A DNA stretch of 64,000 nucleotides from Anthoceros angustus (lineage: Eukaryota; Plantae; Anthocerotophyta), in contig MU008162.1 in assembly GCA_010909165.1 (NCBI GenBank), positions 2,046,001-2,110,000 of the forward strand. Reading direction: 5' to 3'. This document shows, piece by piece, positions 62,501 through 64,000 of this stretch. The notes below the pieces were generated by a model, which saw nothing but the letters and a program-made list of their open reading frames with translations, did not search any database and was not told the origin of the DNA. The first letter of the stretch is position 1. Every line of letters begins with the position of its first letter. A program made the position numbers and the translations under genes.

Positions 62501-64000
62501 TCCTTCACTACTCACTTCGTGACCTCCTCCGTCGCCCGTGCCTTCTCCGTCGCGCGCTGTGCCTTCTCTAGCTCCTCGCTTAAGGCCTCTGCCTGGGCTT
62601 GGGCCTCTTGCGCCTGCTTCAGCCGTTCGCATAGCTGCAGAACCCTGGCTCGATCCTGTAGGGCGAACTGAGCCTTCCGTTATGCTGTTCGGCGCTTCTC
62701 CTCCTGGATTCTTGCTAGGGTTTTCCGCTCCGGGCTGCCACTGCTTGGCCTTGGAGCTTGACCATGCGCTGCCGAGTGGCCTCAACCTCCTGTGTCTTCT
62801 GGGAGGCTCAATAGACCCCCAGCTGCCAGTCGCTCTGGCCACGGCCAAGACCCATCGGGCTCCTTCTTCGGCCGAGGTAGGTGAGCTTCCTTCAAACTCC
62901 TCCGAAGGTGCGGGCATCTCTCGGCCCACCAAGGTTTGCCAGACCGCTCGTCGGAGTTGGTCCGGTTTGGGTACTCCGGCCTCGATCAGGAGGCCTAGGT
63001 CCTGTCCATCGGGCACCGGACCCTTCACCTCCTTGGCCCTCTTGGCGGCCAACTCCTTTTCCGCCCTTCTACGCTTAGGGTCCGGTGGTGGCAACAGAGT
63101 CCGGGAGCTGGCCCTTTTTCCTCTCCTGGTGGGAGAAAGCAACCGCTCGGTGCGACTGCTGCTAGTGTCCACCTTCCCCTTGGGCCGCATCTCGTTTCGC
63201 CCGTCGGACAGCGTGTTTCGCCTTAGCCCATTCGTCATTCATCGATAGTGTAGCGATGCCGTAGTTCTGGTGGCTACCTCTAGCGCTCTTCTTTCGGCCC
63301 TCCATCCTGGTCCGGCATGGCTCTGCTTGGCGGCCGGGGTTGGTCTTGCCGCCGCCGGGGCTGCCCCCACTGGCGCGACTCTTGGCTCCACCGGCACAGC
63401 CACTGGGGCCTGCTCCTCGGGTGCCCCGACTAGCAATAGAGAAGCGGGGACTTCTTCCCAAATTCCCTTGGTGGTGAAGGGATCCGTTTCAGTCGAATAT
63501 TAATGGCATCCGAAATGCCCTCCAAATCTTCCTCGGCCTGGTTACGCCGCTCCGTGGCTCAGCAGCCTTTTGTCGTGGCCTGCTCCTCCTCGTCCTTCAC
63601 TTCCTTAAGTTAGGACTCTAGGGCTTCGCTCCTCATGCCGGGCGGACTCCACCGCCTCTTGGGCTTCCTTCACTACTCACTTCGTGACCTCCTCCGCCTG
63701 TGTTTTCTCCGCCTGTGCCTTCTAGCTCCTCGCTTAAGGCCTCTGCACTGGGCTTGGGCCTCTTGCGCCTGCTTCGCCTGCTCAGATAGCCGCAGAACTC
63801 AGCTCGATCCTCAGGGCGAACCGAGCCAGGCCGTCTCCTCCTGGATTCTTGCTAGGGTTTTCCGCTTTCCGCCTGGCAGCCTGGGCCACTTCTGCTTGGC
63901 CTTGGAGCTTGACCATGCGCTGCCGAGTGGCCTCAACCTCCTGTGTCTTCTGGGAGGCTCAATAGACCCCTGTGCCTGCCGTGTCGCCACGGCGGCCAAG
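59577..64000 (-). mobile_element. Probable LTR-retrotransposon-derived region with degenerate coiled-coil/low-complexity ORFs
   Basis: Begins TGTGG where RLE-element homology stops; followed by LTR-like noncoding sequence and Glu/Arg-rich ORF fragments (61066-63461). No catalytic domain seen. Confidence 0.4.
62420..64000. repeat. Duplicated ~430-bp block
   Basis: gtccttcacttccttaagttaggactctagggc...gaggctcaatagacccc at ~62425-62820 and ~63592-63970. Confidence 0.9.

Noticed and set aside
1-64000. tRNA or rRNA genes
   Set aside because: None recognised by eye; only a tRNA-complementary PBS. tRNAscan-SE or Infernal would be needed to exclude them.

Overview
Eukaryotic nuclear DNA from a seed-free land plant. 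A hornwort is most likely, inferred from DYW:KP-type PPR genes, compact gene spacing and short introns. The repeat regions carry many 1-bp indels, suggesting a noisy long-read assembly. The first ~27 kb is a nest of mobile elements: a degenerate DNA-transposon-like element with a ParB-like domain plus a beta-class N4/N6 DNA-methyltransferase-like cargo, a minus-strand Ty3/Gypsy element with a PBS and long LTR-like region, and a Ty1/Copia element whose 5' half is inverted. From 27.7 to 57 kb is a gene-dense island: FAM91A1, a PLS-PPR DYW:KP gene, a multi-exon four-domain voltage-gated (Cav/Nav-type) channel whose pore filter reads A-E-D-D, a small plastid membrane protein, a divergent COI1-like F-box protein, an EBS7-like ER protein and a broken second DYW:KP gene ending in GRP. 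From 57.5 to 64 kb lie an RLE-type (CRE-like) non-LTR retrotransposon interrupted by a solo LTR and another LTR-like element. The best novelty candidates are the land-plant four-domain channel with an atypical filter and the transposon-borne ParB-methyltransferase. All family assignments come from motif recognition by eye, not database searches.
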